A stretch of DNA of 63,586 nucleotides, the filler included, from Psammoneis japonica (taxonomy: Eukaryota): NCBI GenBank assembly GCA_008632985.1. It is 5 parts of 5 records of this genome, joined end to end, with 100 filler letters (N's around TTAATTAATTAA, not from the genome) between each part and the next. Parts side by side here need not be neighbours in the genome. Positions count along the whole stretch, not along the records: positions 54,468 to 63,586 come from QPGO01000356.1; 4 more parts are not named here. One strand, written 5' to 3'. Positions 62,394 to 63,586 of the stretch are shown one piece after another (the first letter of the stretch is position 1; every line of letters begins with the position of its first letter). The translations under genes were made by a program, and so were the position numbers. The notes under the pieces were generated by a model that was not told the origin of the DNA, searched no databases, and was given only the letters and a program-made list of their open reading frames with translations.

Positions 62394-63212
62394 TCACACC
62401 ATGAGTTCGGAAAGACTCCTGTGCAAATGCTTGCTTCCCCACTGGGTCCACCAGCTGCTTAGTTCATCGTAGGTTATTCTCTCATCGTCATTCTTATCAA
62501 TCGCGTTAAAGCACGCCACAAGCTCTTGATATGTAACGTCCACTCCTAGATCTGCACAGAACGAGGCAAACTCATTTACTTTTAGAGCACCGTCCTCATT
62601 AACGTCGTGTTGTTGAAACTGTCGTTTCAAATCTCTCTTACTGTCAAGTTCAAGTCTCAGTTGCGTCAATTTCATTCCAGCCATTGCACTGCTAATCAGA
62701 GCGACAATGCCAACCCCAATCAAAAAGAATCCAACGATGATGTTGAGACGCGAGGGTTGTGTCAACAATAGAGAACCCGCAAAGGCATAAATAAGACCCC
62801 GTCCCCAAATATAATCCACTACACGAAAGTAAAATTTAGTTGTCCTTCTCATTTCTTCTGGAACCTCAAAGATTTTGCCTTCTATCACCACGATTAATAC
62901 ACCAAACAAAAAGGCATAAACCGCAATCAGCATTCCCGGTAGCGACACTGGAACCAAGCTCTTGATAAACGTAACGACAGAAGCGACAATCATCATGATT
63001 CCTCCCAAAAAGGCCAAGATGCGAAAAGAAAGAGGCCCCTCTTGCGCAAGTCGAACGAGCGTCGTTCCCTGACGTTTCAGATAATCTTTTCCCTCCTCGA
63101 TGCCTTGTCTGGTCCGCTCCGCCAGAGGAGTCTCTTCGGTCAAGACAGATTCTTCTACATCATTCCTCTTCTTTGAAGAGAAGGGACTCAGTAGCGCATC
63201 AGTAAATCCCAT
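62394..63212 (-). CDS. Four-TM COPI-associated (TVP15-like) membrane protein with two C-terminal EF-hands
   Basis: EGPLSFRILAFLGG, YAFLFGVLIVVIE, YIWGRGLIYAFAGS; EF loops DVNEDGALKVNE and DKNDDERITYDE. Confidence 0.85.
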   Translation of the reverse strand: MGFTDALLSPFSSKKRNDVEESVLTEETPLAERTRQGIEEGKDYLKRQGTTLVRLAQEGPLSFRILAFLGGIMMIVASVVTFIKSLVPVSLPGMLIAVYAFLFGVLIVVIEGKIFEVPEEMRRTTKFYFRVVDYIWGRGLIYAFAGSLLLTQPSRLNIIVGFFLIGVGIVALISSAMAGMKLTQLRLELDSKRDLKRQFQQHDVNEDGALKVNEFASFCADLGVDVTYQELVACFNAIDKNDDERITYDELSSWWTQWGSKHLHRSLSELMV

Positions 63213-63586
63213 GGTTAGTTGTTACAAGAAGGCGTTTTTTATGTTCGTGTGTTGGTGGCTGACCGTTGAAATTCTTGTCTTTTAATAATAGGTCATGAAA
63301 ATGAACATACAATTTTGAAACATCCATTTAAAATTATAGAGACTCAAAAGAACATATCATACCCGGTAGAAAAAGCCGGAAATCTGGAATCGGGAAAAAC
63401 AAAAAAGGTGTCGATTTCGAGCGAGCGAGAGAGCAAAACGACGACGAGCCATGACGATGAAGCCGTCGTTTTCCAGCTTGACAACTTACCAGGGACTCGA
63501 TGCAAAAGGGGATGTGATTTTTGTTGATAGCGATGAGAGTGCTTCTTGTTTGGAAATTGAAAGCCACCAGCAACCGACTGCGCCGC

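Overview
Eukaryotic genomic DNA, most likely a diatom, judged from short GT-AG introns, a CoDi-type Copia, a diatom Gypsy gag and PSxx/PT-repeat proteins. It is a concatenation of five unlinked contigs joined by artificial N44-TTAATTAATTAA-N44 spacers (15856-15955, 31901-32000, 40908-41007, 54368-54467), plus ordinary N gaps. Host genes of normal composition: a spliced Pol I-type 5'-3' nuclease, pyruvate kinase (3' exon), a tandem double sulfatase, a COPI-associated/EF-hand membrane protein and hypotheticals. Broken gene pieces: COG6, ValRS, a mitochondrial carrier and an ankyrin-like fragment. More than half of the window is transposon-derived (Copia, Gypsy, Helitron helicase, a Kolobok-like foldback element, unclassified relics). 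The key observation is that transposon-derived DNA, but not neighbouring genes or gene duplications, has lost almost all TpA dinucleotides through TpA->TpG/CpA (A:T->G:C) transitions on both strands. This turns conserved Tyr into Cys/His, Leu into Pro/Ser, Ile into Met/Thr and Val into Ala. It is context-biased (RTAY lost, YTAR spared), fades toward element ends, and occurs with or without CpG decay. It looks like a repeat-targeted hypermutation system running opposite to fungal RIP; I do not know of a description of it, but I could not run a search.
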